62,998 nucleotides of DNA, filler included, from Reclinomonas americana ATCC 50394 (GCA_048213135.1; 4 parts of 2 records of this genome joined end to end with filler, not necessarily neighbours in it); one strand, 5' to 3'. Positions 39,653-53,700 are shown, counted from the whole stretch's first letter. A program made the numbers and translations. The notes: generated from the letters alone by a model not told the origin.

Positions 39653-42600
39653 CTACACGCCTCGGGGGTTGAAGTCGTCGTCGTCGTCTTCGAGCAGTGC
39701 TGGAGGAGCTTCGGCGGCGGCGCTTGCCTTGGGACCGGACTTGCCGGCCGGGCTCTTGGGCGCCGCAGCCTTTGAGCCGCTGCTGTTGATGCTGGTGGTG
39801 CGAACCGGAGCCTTTTGCTTCGAGCCGCTGCCACCCACTGCACGACAACACGACAGTGAGCACATGAACAAGGCAGGGCGGGGAAGCAAACAGGGAACAA
39901 TCGCCACGTACATCCTCCGTCAAACTCCATGGCTTCCTCATCGTCGCCGAGACCAAACTCACCGCCGTCCTCATCCTCGTCGAACAGCGATGAGCCGCCG
40001 GTGAGCGGCTGGTACTTGCCGGGCACGAAGCGGCGACCACCCAGACGATCAGAGATGAAGGTGCGGAATCTGTAGGCCAGCACGCGCGCTCAGTCAACTC
40101 ACATCATCGAATAACAGACAAGCGCCACGAACCGCTCGTTCTTGTTCCACAGGAACGCGATACCGGCGACGGCGGCGAGAATGACCACAAAGACGACCAG
40201 CAGAGCAATGGCGGTGCCACTCATGCCACGCTCAGGGCACGGGAAGAACACCGGATCGTGCGTCTCGTCAAGACCGCCGGCACAGGTGTTACCGGCCACA
40301 CGACGGTATCTGCACACCAACGATCAGCTCACGCGCACAGCGCAACAGGCACACGCACAGACAGGCGCACAAACCCCTTGGTGACACGATACTGTGTTCC
40401 GCTTGGACACACGTCCGGTGGTCTCGACGAAACCGGGATGGGCGAAATGCACGGACCAGTAGCCGTGGCACGCTCGTAGCCGTAATCACTGTGCGTATCA
40501 GCGGGGGGTGAGGACAAGAGCACAAACACAACTAAACACACGCGATCACAAAAAACGCAACCACTCGTAGTCCTCCTCGGTGCACTCGCAGTTGCTGAGG
40601 CGGACCGGCTTCTCCAGCACGTCCGAGCCAATGTAGCAGGCAGCCTCGCGTGAGCGTCGCGGATACTCCACTTTGCGGCCCATCAGGCATCCGCCATCGT
40701 ACGTCTGCGGCATGAAATACTCAAAGTCCGAGCTCGGTGAACCGGGGCTCTCCAGACCCTCGCCTGCCATCGTGAGCACGTGAGAATCGCGCCACGCATA
40801 CAACGACAAAATCACAAGAAAACAAAGACGCACATGCACGAGGCAACACGCCGGTAAAGTCGACGCCCACCAGCACCGAGCCACCGTCCTTGTGCATGCC
40901 GGCAATCATGAACGTCTGTCGGCGATTCGCCGGATCGGTGTAGATGGCTTTCGGCTTGAACCAGTCCTCGTTGCGCAGCACCACCTTTTCCCAGCTCTTG
41001 CCCTCGTCCACCGAGGCCCTGAAACATGTTTAACATCAGTCCCCACACGCACTGCCAGCGCAGTGCCACTGCCACGCAACAGCATGAAGTTAGTGCCGGC
41101 GGCGGCATGAATGCCCACCATCAACGAGCCGTGATCGCCAAACTGGGCCATGTAAGGGCCATCGGCGACGGCTTCCCACGAAACACCGCCGTCGCGCGAG
41201 AAGAATGTCTGTGCCAGGGCATCGTCGTACGAGAGGCGAGTGCCGACATTGCCTACAGCACGCAACACCAATCCAAGATTAGTATGCACACCGAATGAAA
41301 TTAATCAACGAAATCTAACCCCCCACGCACCAGTGGCCATGATGAGTCCGGGAGCATTTTCGGCGCTGAAGATTGTGCGGCCTGGGGTGGCGAAACCATG
41401 CAGGTGCAGAGAGCACTGCTCACCCTTTGGGCACGCATACGGCTTGCCGGCAGGATCGGTCTTGGGAGCCGGGATTGGCGTCCACTCGGAACCCTTGTCG
41501 AAGCTGATCACCGTCTGCATCATGCAGAACTGAGCGCAATCCTCGGGATCGCGGCAGTTGAGGCACATGTCGTCCTCGCCATTGGCGACCACATTCGCCA
41601 CAAAGATGCCGTCGAGGCCCTTGATGCGCTGGAAGTCACAGCGGCCGTCGGGATTGCGGCGATTGTTCAGCAACGACCGCGAGAAGCTGTTGCATGCCAA
41701 CAAGAAACATCACGGAACAGATAATTCACACATATGAATTCCTCCCTCTCCTCACCGTGAGCCCATGGTGTCTGACAGATACACGTGGCCGTACTGGCGG
41801 GTGTTGTCGTCGTGGTGTACGTTGACAAAGACGCTGCCCTCGCTGGTGTCCAGAATGGTGTAGTCGCGCTCATTGATCTTCATCGGCATCTTGGCCTCGG
41901 TGACAAAGCTGCCATTGTCGCTCGACACCAACAGCTGCACTTGGTTGGTCTCCGGGTGCGTGCGCGCCACAAACATAAAGTCGTCGGTGAACAGGAACTG
42001 CGCAGCGGCCTCCACCAGGCGCGTCACGGTGAAATCATTGTCGTCCCAGTTGCCGTAGCCAAAATCGTACTTGGCGCGCGGGTTCTTGGACGGGAACATG
42101 ACAAACAGGCGACGCTGTGGAGAGCGACGGGCACGATGAGGAACACACGCAAGGGAGACGAGTGGCGGTCCATGCAGTGCTACACACATCGTCGAAGCTG
42201 GCCATCGTGTTGCGACCCCAACTGACGTTCGAAAACTCGCCGGGCAGGCGGCGCCATTGATTGTTGTTGCCAATCCACGCCTCCAGAGTGCACGAGGGGA
42301 ACATGAACCGCGACTGATTATCGTCCTTGCACTTGAGACCGACAGCCACCTCCTTGCGCGTCGGGTGCGGAATGAAGCCGCGGAACTGCGGTTCCGAATT
42401 CACCGCCTCGTACGTCTTCCCGCCATCGTACGTGATCCATCCCTTGTACTTTTTGTCGCCCACCAGATAGATCTGCACGATAGGGGGGAGAGGCGGTTAG
42501 CGTGCTGCGCTGCGCCTGTCATCATCATCATCGCTGTCGCCACTGACCGTGTTGGGGTCGGCGGGAGAGGGATTCACTGGCCGCGGAACCTTGACAGTCA

Positions 42601-43305
42601 CACAGGAGACCTCATCACAGCCCGTCAGCCGATCGTTGTGCTTCACCACCGTCTGCGCGTCGTTGTCCGTCAAGTAGACGAACTTGTCGGTCAAGATGAT
42701 GGCTTTCTGTGATCGCACACAGAGACAAGTGAGCACACACGTGTCAACTGCGACAAATGATCTCACTGACTGACACCGACCCCCCCGCCGCGGACATGAG
42801 CGCACAAGTCTCACATGTATGTGTGTATGCGTGTGTGTGTATGCTTCACAGAGCGTGTGCGTGTGCGCGTGTGTGGTGGAGAGGCAGAGTGTGAAATGGC
42901 CCTCTTTGACTCACCTCCGACTCGGCGCCCAGGTATCCCAATCGATGCAGCGTGCCCTCCAGGGAATGCTACACACAACACCGTCAACAAACCCGCAGAG
43001 TGCAACACACACAAGAAAAAAGTTGAACGAAAGTGAAGCGCGCGCGAAAGGGCATGCTCACCAGCACGACCTTGACCTTGGAGAAGTCGGGCTTGTCGTT
43101 GTTGTCGGAGCCAGCGGGCTTGGCCAGCACAATACCACCACCACTGCCACTGGCATCGGCACCGTTCCCGCCCTGCGCGGTCGCCAAGCCGCAAAACACT
43201 GCAATCACACACACGCACAGCACAACAGCCGCCGTGTGGCGCGACACTGTTTTGCACAATTAGTCTGTGCGCTGCAGTCATTGTGTTGACAATTGCACGC
43301 AACGA
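39653..43305 (-). CDS. Vps10p-domain/sortilin-like sorting receptor; start codon lost in gap
   Basis: Signal peptide (AAVVLCVCVIAVFCGLATAQ); Asp-box repeats (ITYDGGKTY, ISFDKGSEW, FSRDGGVSW, SVDEGKSW); CSLHLHG; APGLIMATGNVG; 10CC module (CLMG...CECTEEDYECDYGY...GYRRVAGNTCAGG); one TM; tail with YQPL and acidic clusters. Confidence 0.93.
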
Positions 43306-43325
43306 NNNNNNNNNNNNNNNNNNNN

Positions 43326-43445
<120 letters not shown>

Positions 43446-43461
43446 CATCGTGTACACACAG

Positions 43462-46400
43462 TGACCTCGCAACAAACCACTTTTGTGGCGCCGACTGTTC
43501 TCCAAGTGACACTCCTGTTCAACGGGGCCATCGTGGGCGGAGTTGTTGGATTTGCGCAGTGCTACGCCGATGCTGTGGATGGCGCCAATGGATTTGGCCC
43601 CCTTGACATTCTCAAAACGGTGGCCGACTACACGAGTACTTCCCCAAACAATGCCTGCTCGATCACGCAAACTGTTGCGGATTGATTGTCGTTCACTCTC
43701 CTCTCTTGGTGAGTGCCGCTGACGAATGTTCACGTGCGCATTCGCAGTCCACCACGTGCTACATCCTCGATATTCCGACGCAAACCAAGCTTTCGTTTCT
43801 GTGCTGCCTCGACTCCGAGACTCTGGCCGACTGTTTCACCGGCACTCCTTGGACCCGTTTCGTGGCGCAGTGCTTGCCTACTTTCTTGNNNNNNNNNNNN
43901 NNNNNNNNNNNNNNNNNNNNNNNNNNNNNNNNNNNNNNNNNNNNNNNNNNNNNNNNNNNNNNNNNNNNNNNNNNNNNNNNNNNNNNNNNNNNNNNNNNNN
44001 NNNNNNNNNNNNNNNNNNNNNNNNNNNNNNNNNNNNNNNNNNNNNNNNNNNNNNNNNNNNNNNNNNNNNNNNNNNNNNNNNNNNNNNNNNNNNNNNNNNN
44101 NNNNNNNNNNNCTTTTGTAGCGTTGCGAAAGCTTACATGTTTCACGGCGAAACAGCTGAATATGGGTCCCCGCTGAAGCAGTCGCTGTTGAGTGCGGTGG
44201 CCTACCAAGCTGGAGCTATTAGTCGAGGCGGGCTAGTTCCCTGTGCGTGTTGTACCGACTGCGCTGTGCCCTAGTACGAGCGAATCTCACTGCCTCATTT
44301 TCGCTGCTGTGTTGTCTGCATGTCTCTCGCACAACCTGCTCAGATACTATCGTCTTACTCGTCAGTGATGCCATCAGTGGCCTCGACGTGAGTTACGTGG
44401 TTGAACACACGATCGATGGGGGGCAGGTTTATCGCGATAGAGGAAGCTTCGGCACCACGCTCTACCCCGAGCCAACAAACTTCTCGGGAGTAGTACCGTC
44501 CATCACTGGCCTGACGAGTAATGCCATCACCATATTCTTGACGACCGACACGGAGGAAGTATACTCGACTGTGACGCTGAACGCGGCTTTTCAGTCGAAC
44601 TGTGCGTATATATGGTGTCCTCCTTCAAGTTGTGCACTTGGATGTCTCACCTGCTCATTGTCGTTGCATGACGCGGTAGTGGTTTCTGAGCCCTATGCGG
44701 GGTACGTGGTGCCTTCTGGAATCCAGTTCACTTTTTTCTCCCCGACGGATACCGGAGTCAATACTCTCTACCCCACTGCGCCGATCGGGACTTCCTGCAT
44801 CGGCCTGGTCGACTCTGCAACCTTGAAGCTGTTGTCGGCGGACGCCGAGTGCGTATGGCAGTCAGACACAGTTGCGGCAGTCGGTTGACAAGCTGCTCTG
44901 CTGTCTCCCGAATCAGATGTGTCTCAATCATGATGCCTCTCAGGTGTTGCTTGCTCGCTTCGGGAGTGGTGCCTCGGCAGCGAATCTGCAACTCAAGTCC
45001 CCTGTGGGATTGATCCCGCTGCGCGTCTTTGGCCTTTCCACTCCCCTTAAAATCGACCTAGCACAAAAAGTTCGGGCAACTGACTTCGGTGTTGGTCGCT
45101 CTGATGCTTTCAGCGACTACCAGACGGCAATGTCGACTCTTTCTACTTTCAGCACAATCGGCCGTGGTGCAGTTCTTAAGCCCAACTTACAAATGGCCCC
45201 ATCATCTGATGCTGCCAACGGAGGGACCACCGGATCCTCTGGGTCCACCTCTGGGTCTTCTGGATCAAATGGGTCATCTGGATCCTCCGGGTCAACGAAT
45301 ACCGGAACCACGGCGCCGGATTTCGCTGCTGTGATTTCGGTGCGTCGCACTCCGCCCTTTACTGCAGAGTTCAGATACGAATGCTCACTCATGCATGGGG
45401 ATGATCATGCAGGGCCCCAGCGAAATCGGTGCGTGCGACACGGAGGTCACCTACGATGGAACGGCATCAAGTGGCAGCAGTGTGACATACAACTGGGTCG
45501 CCGATGGAGCGGCATCCACGAACACGTCGAACAACGGAGGCATTCTGAGTGTCACGGTGCTTCTGGCAACCCGGGCCCTGACCGTCACGCTGACAGTGAC
45601 TGACAGGACGGCCGGCAAACAAGCCATTCAGACACTTACGGTAATGAGTGCAGAGCGTGTGTTTGTGTGTTTGGCACTCACCTACGCAACGCAGACGGTG
45701 CGGTTGCCATTTGCGGTTCCGACGGCCAGTATCAGTGGCAGTGGAGTTGGTGGCCTTCCGCTTGTGTTTCGACAATCAGAGACTGTGCGGCTGACGGCCA
45801 CGGCTCGACCTGGCACACGATGCAGTACGTGACCGGGAGTGTTCACAGTATGTGTGTGGGTGTGTGTGACAACTGAGGATGGTGCGGTCGCAGGAGCGGA
45901 TGTGGGTCCAGCGTCGGACGGTCTGGCGTACGCATGGACGCAAGCGAGTGGTCCACGCATCCCGCTGTCGGCATATGAACCACTCGGTCTGCTGCTGTTG
46001 TTGTTGCTGCTTGTCGACACACTTGCATGCATCCTCACTGTCACGCACGCATTCGTTTACGCACAGGCACCAACTCGCTCACGCTGGTCTTCCCGGCGTC
46101 TCGGCTGGTGCTTGGAACGGACTATCGCTTCGTGTTCAATGCGACTGATGTGCAGAATCCGCTAGTACGTAGTGGTGGACGGAGTGCGGGTGTGTGTATC
46201 TCCTCGTCTGATCTGTGGCTTTTGTGTGATTCCGCAGGCCACACATGCCGACTCGGTGACTATCCGACTCTTGCGCGAACGACTATCTCTGTCGTGGAAG
46301 GACGGCAGTGAGGTGACAGCGTCGGCATCGTTGCGTTTCCCAAGATTGTGTGTTGTGTACTCCGTTGCGCAACTTCACTGTGGATGCGAGCAGCAAATTG

Positions 46401-47664
46401 GTGGGATTGGCGTTGGAGGCGGTTGATCCTGAGAAGGAGATGCCGCCAGTATCGCAGTTTCGCACTTGTGACAGAAAAGATGATTGGTGTTGTCGTTGCA
46501 CTGCTGATGGTGGTGTGCACACGCGTGCTCGCACAGATTGACGTTCATATGCTCCGCCTCGCTCGGCTCATGTCCGTCGTCGATTCCGACAATGGCACAA
46601 GCCACCTCGCTGTATACTTTGTCGATTGCGGCGAACACGTTAGTGGCTGGGGTTCGGTACACCATCAGCGCGTCGTGGACGCACGGAGTGCGCTCGACTG
46701 GTCCGGTGACGATTGTTGTGGTTGCGGTGGGGGCGAGTGTGCCGACAGTGTACATTGACACGTCACTGAGCGACATTGACACGTTTCGGTTCTTGAGTTG
46801 CGTGCCGACTTGGTCGCCTTCCATATAGTGCACGCAGGTGAATGACATTTGGGTGGCAGGCGTGATCAACGGAGCTGATGGAGCGGCGCAGAGTGCGACT
46901 TACTTTTATTGGTGGTCGATCTCTGCGGCATTCAGCACCAGCAGTGCGTGTGGGGGAGGAGAGGAGAGAAGAGGAAGTCAGGGCAGTGCTTTATGTTCAC
47001 GTTCGCCGATCGCTCTGCAGGCTTGGCGGTGCGGACTGGGTTCAGTGGGCCGGATCTGACAATCGATGCAAGTGGCGTGCCGTCGGGCGGCTTTATCATT
47101 GTGACGTTGTCGGTGAGTACGGAGAGTGTGGCGCAGGCCAAACTGGGACGTGCGGCAGATGGAAATGGTGCGTGGGCTTGGGAGGTTGAGCGTGTGTCGC
47201 CTTTCTGGTGCTCACTGTGTTCGTGTGTGCGATACTACAGCGGTAGCGAGTGTGAGCAGTCGGCGAGGAGTGGCGCCGTGTTGCGGCAAGGTGTTGATTG
47301 GTTCGTGAGTGCTGTTGACTTGAGGCGTGTTGTGCGTGTTGTGCGGCGACTCAACGATGCGGATCGTTGCATCAGATCCGTCTTCGGGATTCGCTTTGAG
47401 TACGGTGTTTCGACTGAGTGCCACTGGGTGGCTTGATGATGCGTCGGTGCGTGTGTNNNNNNNNNNNNNNNNNNNNGAGAGTTGGTGGAAGGTGTGAGCT
47501 GATACAAGATAATGGCATGAAAACGTTTTCCTGCATGATGTGCAGACACCGAATGTGCGATTGTCTGCGCGGTACTTTGCGTCGGACGACTCTGTTCCTG
47601 TGGTGCTGACGGCCGACATGTCGCCGTCCAAGTCGCTGAGCTTCCGACTTCCCCAAGGTTCGAG

Positions 47665-47700
<36 letters not shown>

Positions 47701-48783
47701 CATGATATGTGATGAGTGCAGGCTTGGGCGACGGCAACTCTGGGAAGGTGCTTGTGACGATTCGAGACCTGTTTGGACGGGAGACGGTGGTGACGGTGCC
47801 GGTGTCTGTGATGGGCACAACTGAGGCGGTGAACCGTTGCGTGGAGCTGCGAAGTGATGATGCGCGATTGTTGTTTTCTGTCGGTGGCTGAGGATGGAAT
47901 CGATGTGCGTGCAGCGACAACGGCTGTGCAGTACCTGAACAGCACGGCAGGCGCTGCACTGCAGAGTGCTTTCTTAGCACGTGACTGTGAGGCGTCGCAG
48001 GTGCTGATTAGTGGATCGGCGAGGACACTGAATGTGGCGGCGGCANNNNNNNNNNNNNNNNNNNNAATGAAATCCGCAACCGTCCGCACGCTGGTCGACG
48101 ATGTTGATGATGATGCCAGCCGCGACGCCTGCGCCATCATGTCGGTCGCCAGTGACAGCGCCGTCTCGATCGACGGCGTTGTCAACTCCTGTTCCCGTCG
48201 CCACAATCAGTGTCCACACAACACCACTAACACCAAACAACAGCCAAAACAATCTCGCACACCGTCGGCACAGACACCACCTGGTGCAGCATGGCTGTCG
48301 CCAGTCGCAAGTTCTCCGCAGACGCCACACTCGTCAATGACTCGCACGACAAGTCCGACAGTACCTTCGACCACGACAGCCGCAGTGCTTGTCGCTGCCG
48401 AATCGCCCAACACCTCAGCATCGACCAACAACACATGCAGGAGCACAAGCGACTTTCACATTCTCGCACCTCCGCAAGTTGTGCACTCGTCAGCTCGCAA
48501 TAATACCCGCCGTATCCGTTCCGACACACACACGTTCCGGTGCTGCTGTCGCACACTCCACTGCGCGCACAACATAAGCACGCATATGCATTCAGCGCCA
48601 GGTAACAACAGAGTCAGACTCTGCTTTCTCTCTCTCTCTCTCTCTCCCTCACCGCATTTGCTCCACGCCGCAATCACTCGCACTGCATCTCCACGTCGAC
48701 GGCGGCACNNNNNNNNNNNNNNNNNNNNCTTGCGGCGACGTACACTGCGTCTGGTGCGAGTGCGGGAGTGAGCAAGCTGGTGA

Positions 48784-48828
<45 letters not shown>

Positions 48829-50476
48829 TGAGCGTGTTCTGTTGTGTGTGTGTCGTGCAGGATGGAGGAGTGACGGACATTACGGCTGCTCTCAGCAAGT
48901 CGCGAGCGCGTACGATTCTGGAGACTGCGTCGACGCTTTTGTTGGATCGGCTGGTTTGTTGGGCAATGCGAGAGGGGGCAGAAGGAGAGACGAATGTGTG
49001 TGTGTGTGAGAGAGAGAAAGAGAGAGAGAGAGCGAGTTTGTGATTATGGAGTTTCTCTTCCGAGTTTGCTGGTGTGCGGAGAGGACGACAGATTTATCTG
49101 AAAAAAGAGCAAGAGACAGACAGAGGGAGAGAGAGAGCGTGTGTATTTGTGTACATTGATTTCCTTTTCCCTCACTGTCCATCGATACAGGCGAGTGGTG
49201 AGCCGGCGTATTCCGTGGCAGCCAACTACACGCAGTGGACTGCACAGGTGGCGCGCGCAAGCGACCTGCTTGCGAACTCGGTGAATTCGACGTCACCAGC
49301 ACCGCTGTCGCTTCCGGAGACATCACGCAACTACACTGCCAACATCATTCTGAATGCGGCGCCGTCGGTGTTTGTGGTACCGAGCTCGATTGTGTCGCAG
49401 TATCCGTCGGGCAGCTACAAGATGCGGCACTTGACGGAGGTGTTCAACCCGCTGACGTTTGTGTCGTCGACGGAGGCCATCAAGGTGTGCCATTGTGTTG
49501 TCGCCGATGGTGTGTGCTTCAAGTGGGTGGTGTTGGTGACTTGCTTGATTGGACGCAGAGTGGCGCCACGTCGCTGACGCTGTACGATGGCACGGGTCAG
49601 GAATTGGATGTGAAGGGGCTGTCGACGCCGATTCAGATTGTGCTACCGACTGTGGATGCGGCGTACACGAGCGCGAATCGCATTCTGAGTTCGTGGAGAG
49701 GGAGAGATGGGAAGGATGAGAAAGTGAGCTGATTGTGTGTATTCATTTGCGTGCAGCAACGTGCAAATACTACAACACGGCGACGATGAGTTGGCAGGCA
49801 GATGGATGTTCACTTGTGCAAGTGACGAGCAACACGACTGTGTGTGCATGCACGCATCTGACGACGTTTGCAGCGTTGCGTCATGGTGGACATTGCTTGT
49901 TGTGTGTGTGTTTGTGTGTGTGGGAGATCTGACAGTGTGGCATGCGCGCGACGTGGCACCACAGGTTCCAGTTCTTCTCGGAGATCTTTGCAATGGCATC
50001 GATTGTGAACCCGTTCTCGCTGCCGCTGTCGCTGCAATGGAGCATGGTGGGGGCGATGATTGGACTGTTTGCGGTGTATGTGGGTGTGATGGTGTTGTTG
50101 TGTTGCATCAAGTACTGCGGTCATCGGCGTCGGTGAGTGGTGGGAGGAGCGAGTAGGAGGAGGAGAGCGAGGTGGAGATGGGGTAAGTGTGTTGATGTTG
50201 TTTTCTGCAGACGACGAGAGGGACTGGAAAACTGCCGAGTCATGTTTGTGTTTGGCATGTGTGCGGTGGAGCGGTACTTGAGACCATCGCGATATCTGCG
50301 GTATCACGACATTCGCTGTTGCGTGTGTGCTTGCTTGTTTGTGCAATCGAGTTGACGCGAGTCCGGTGGTGCTGATTTTTGAGATCTGCCTTGTCCAGTG
50401 ACGAGCGAACAGCTGCGATCGATTGCGGTGCTGCTGAAGACAAAGAGCGAGCAGGCAGCCAAAGGTACGCGTGCGT
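43462..50476 (+). CDS. Large polycystin-1/REJ-like surface protein: REJ/PKD-type repeats, EGF, GAIN/GPS, TM; partial; segment 48066-48708 inverted
   Basis: DGTASSGSSVTYNW; LAYAWTQASG...TLVFPASRLVLGTDYRF; LSIAANTLVAGVRYTI; EGF GVCDSSTGTCVCRNGYGGYYCE; LDVKGLSTPIQIVL; GPS CKYYNTATMSWQADGC...TVCACTHLTTFAA; TM MVGAMIGLFAVYVGVMVLLCCI. Confidence 0.85.
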
Positions 50477-50520
50477 NNNNNNNNNNNNNNNNNNNNNNNN
50501 NNNNNNNNNNNNNNNNNNNN

Positions 50521-50532
50521 TTAATTAATTAA
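50521..50532. other. Artificial scaffold linker
   Basis: TTAATTAATTAA between N runs. Confidence 0.97.
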
Positions 50533-50596
50533 NNNNNNNNNNNNNNNNNNNNNNNNNNNNNNNNNNNNNNNNNNNNTGACGTCGTGCTGCGCGCAG

Positions 50597-50782
50597 AACA
50601 AATTCTTTATCGGTGCCTGCATCAGTGTGCTGTACGACGTGTTGATTGCACAGCCGTTGCTGCTGCTGGTGTTTGCGATAGACGGGAGCGTATTCGAGGG
50701 TCTGCTGGGTGGCATGTTCCTCGCCAATGATGTGGAGGAGGCGGCGGAACAGGGCGCCACCACGGGCGCCTCGCTGCGGTGA
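50597..50782 (+). CDS. Terminal hydrophobic exon, probably the 3' end of the REJ/GPS gene
   Basis: CAG|NKFFIGACISVLYDVLIAQPLLLLVFAI...ASLR-TGA, which resembles the last TM (S..D..I.QP) of REJ-GPS proteins. The link across the linker is an inference. Confidence 0.5.
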   Translation, partial: NKFFIGACISVLYDVLIAQPLLLLVFAIDGSVFEGLLGGMFLANDVEEAAEQGATTGASLR

Positions 50783-50795
50783 ACAAGGGCGGCAA

Positions 50796-53700
50796 TCACT
50801 CTGCCACTGCTGCCATCTCCACGTCCTCCTCTTCCACCACCACCTGCTGCTGCTGCTGCTGCTGCGGTGGCAGAGCGGCAGAGGTCTCCTGTTGCAGGTG
50901 ATCACGTCGCCGTCGATCCAAGTCGCGGTGACATACCGCCAACAGTTCGCGCATGCCCTCAATGCCGTGCTCTGCGCGTCGTCGTCGTCGTCGTCATTGT
51001 GCACTCAATAAAAAACCGTGCGCCGAGAGGAGAAGAGGAGGGATGGAGAGCGACGACACGCACCCGCCACTTGCACACTGTGCACCAGCTGCTGTGTGGC
51101 CTCGGCCGATTGCTCCTGCAGCTGCTGAAACTCGCGTGCCATGGCCTCGGTGGAGCAGTCGACCTCGCGCAAGGCCTCCAGCAGTTCCTCCACGCGACCT
51201 GCAGAGCTGACCACACTGGTCGCCCACTCGCGGGCCTGAGAAAGTGTGAGAGTGGGTGAGAGACAAGTGAGGGATGGAGGGGGAAGAAGGGATGCGCGCG
51301 CGCACTGTTTGTTCCATCTCCGCGGTGCCCGAGGCTGTGAGCAAGGAGAGGGGAGAAGGGGGAAGGGGGAAGGGGAAAAGGGGGAAGGGAGGGTGAGAGG
51401 GATGAAGGGAAGGAGGGGGAGGGAGGGAGGGATACAAGGAGAGGTGAACGTGGGTGTGAGTGAGTGAGTGAGTGAGTGAGTGAGTGAGAGGGAGGGAGAG
51501 AGTGCAGTGTGTGTGTGTGTGTGTGTGTATGTGTGTGTGTGAGAGAGAGAAGGGAGTGTGTGTCACTCTCCTCACACACAGTGTGCAGGCAAGGCAACAC
51601 AGTAAGAGTGAGAGTGCATCTCTCTCTCTCTCTTTGTTTGTGTGTTTCACCACTGACCACCCTGCTCGCTCAGACGCGGTGCTTGTCGTTGCACCAGGCC
51701 TGCACTGTTGTAGAGTGCCTGAGAGAGCTCACTCACAGCAAGTTGCACTTGCGACAAGCGATCCATTCTTTATCAATTAGTGAATGAGTGAACTGCTGAC
51801 AAGAGGACCACACACATTGATTTCTTCGAGGACATGCAAGCGTTCTTTATAGTGAGCTGTACAGTGTGTTGCATGTGATAGAGAGAGGAAAACACAGTTA
51901 GAAAGCGAGAGAGAGAGAGAAACAAGGGTGTCTACAACGGAAGGAGGAGCGATTGGCACCTCGTCGCCGGAACCCCACACCGCGGGTAAGGGGGGCGTGG
52001 TTTCGCGGCAAACCACGAGGGCGAGCGAAAGAACGAGTAAGAGAGAGAGAGAGAGACAGAGAGGAAGAGAGACAACTAAACATAGCGGGGTGCGAGTCGA
52101 CGATACCACGCAGCGATAACGATCCATGCTATAAAAAAAATGAGTGCCAGCAAGACAAGGCTGCTGGGCTCGCTTCCCTTATTACAGGGCCATATTCCGC
52201 ATGGCGCCTGTCACCGAGGCGGAGGCCTTGGAGTCGCCGCCAGGCATCGCTAGCGATAGTCTCCACAAATCGCCCAGACTGACATTGTTGAAACCGGCGC
52301 CGCCGTGAATGTACGCCACCGACTCCTCCTCGATCCACACGAGGCCGAAGCCGAAGCGCGGGGGCGGATGTGGGCCGCTGTCTTGCGATGCCGACGAGTC
52401 GGGTACCAGGCATTCCCACGTCCGCGATGCTGAAAAACAAAAAAAAAGGCAAATCAATACTTTCGTTTGTGTTTTCGTGTGGTTTTCTTCTCAAGAAAAG
52501 TGACGCACGCAGATGCAGGCGGTGCACGTCATTAAAGTATCGATCGTCGCCAATGGTGCAGCAGCCGCCGACCACAATCAGCGAATCGCCGCTGCTGAAC
52601 GCACGATGCCCGGAACGAGGTGCCGGTGCGTCCCCCGAGCATTCGAGTGCCGTCCACGAGGCGGTTTCTGTGATGCAGTGAGTACAGCGAGGGAGAATAA
52701 GACAAGGGGGGCGAGCAACTCACCAATGTCGTACACATAGACATCGTTCAGTGCCGCCGAGGGGCCGACACCACCGAATACCACGATGCTGTCGCCGAAG
52801 AGGGTGGCCGAATGTCCGCGTCGTGCGGAGGGCGAGTGGTCCGATGGATTAATGTGCCACCATTGGTTCTCCACTGTGTGAGGTATGGATGAGGGAGAAG
52901 GAGAAGAAGAGGAAGAGGAAGGAGGGGGAAGGAGGGGGAAAGAGGGGGAAAGAGGGGGAAAGAGGGGAAAGAGGGGAAGAGGGAAGGAGGGGAGAGGGGG
53001 AAAGAGGGGNNNNNNNNNNNNNNNNNNNNNNNNNNNNNNNNNNNNNNNNNNNNNNNNNNNNNNNNNNNNNNNNNNNNNNNNNNNNNNNNNNNNNNNNNNN
53101 NNNNNNNNNNNNNNNNNNNNNNNNNNNNNNNNNNNNNNNNNNNNNNNNNNNNNNNNNNNNNNNNNNNNNNNNNNNNNNNNNNNNNNNNNNNNNNNNNNNN
53201 NNNNNNNNNNNNNNNNNNNNNNNNNNNNNNNNNNNNNNNNNNNNNNNNNNNNNNNNNNNNNNNNNNNNNNNNNNNNNNNNNNNNNNNNNNNNNNNNNNNN
53301 NNNNNNNNNNNNNNNNNNNNNNNNNNNNNNNNNNNNNNNNNNNNNNNNNNNNNNNNNNNNNNNNCCTCTCTGACGGTGTTGCCTCCCAACAGGTGGTGTA
53401 TTCTGGGAGCAAGTGAGCAGCGTTCGTGGAGTGTGGCCACGTGCCAGGTTCTACCACTCGTTTGTGAGAGCGTCGCCAGCAGATCGGCGTGTGGTGCTGT
53501 TTGCCGGCGAGTCGGACGATACGCTGGTCAATGATGTGCACGAGTTTGACTGTGGTGCGTTTCGATACTGTCCAGTGCTTTCCACTTCTCCCTTTTCCTG
53601 ACCACCACCGTCTCCATACAGCGGAGTGCAAATGGACACGGATCGCAGTGAAGAACCACGCTCCTTGTCCGCGAAGGGATCACGCCACGTGCGAGTACAA

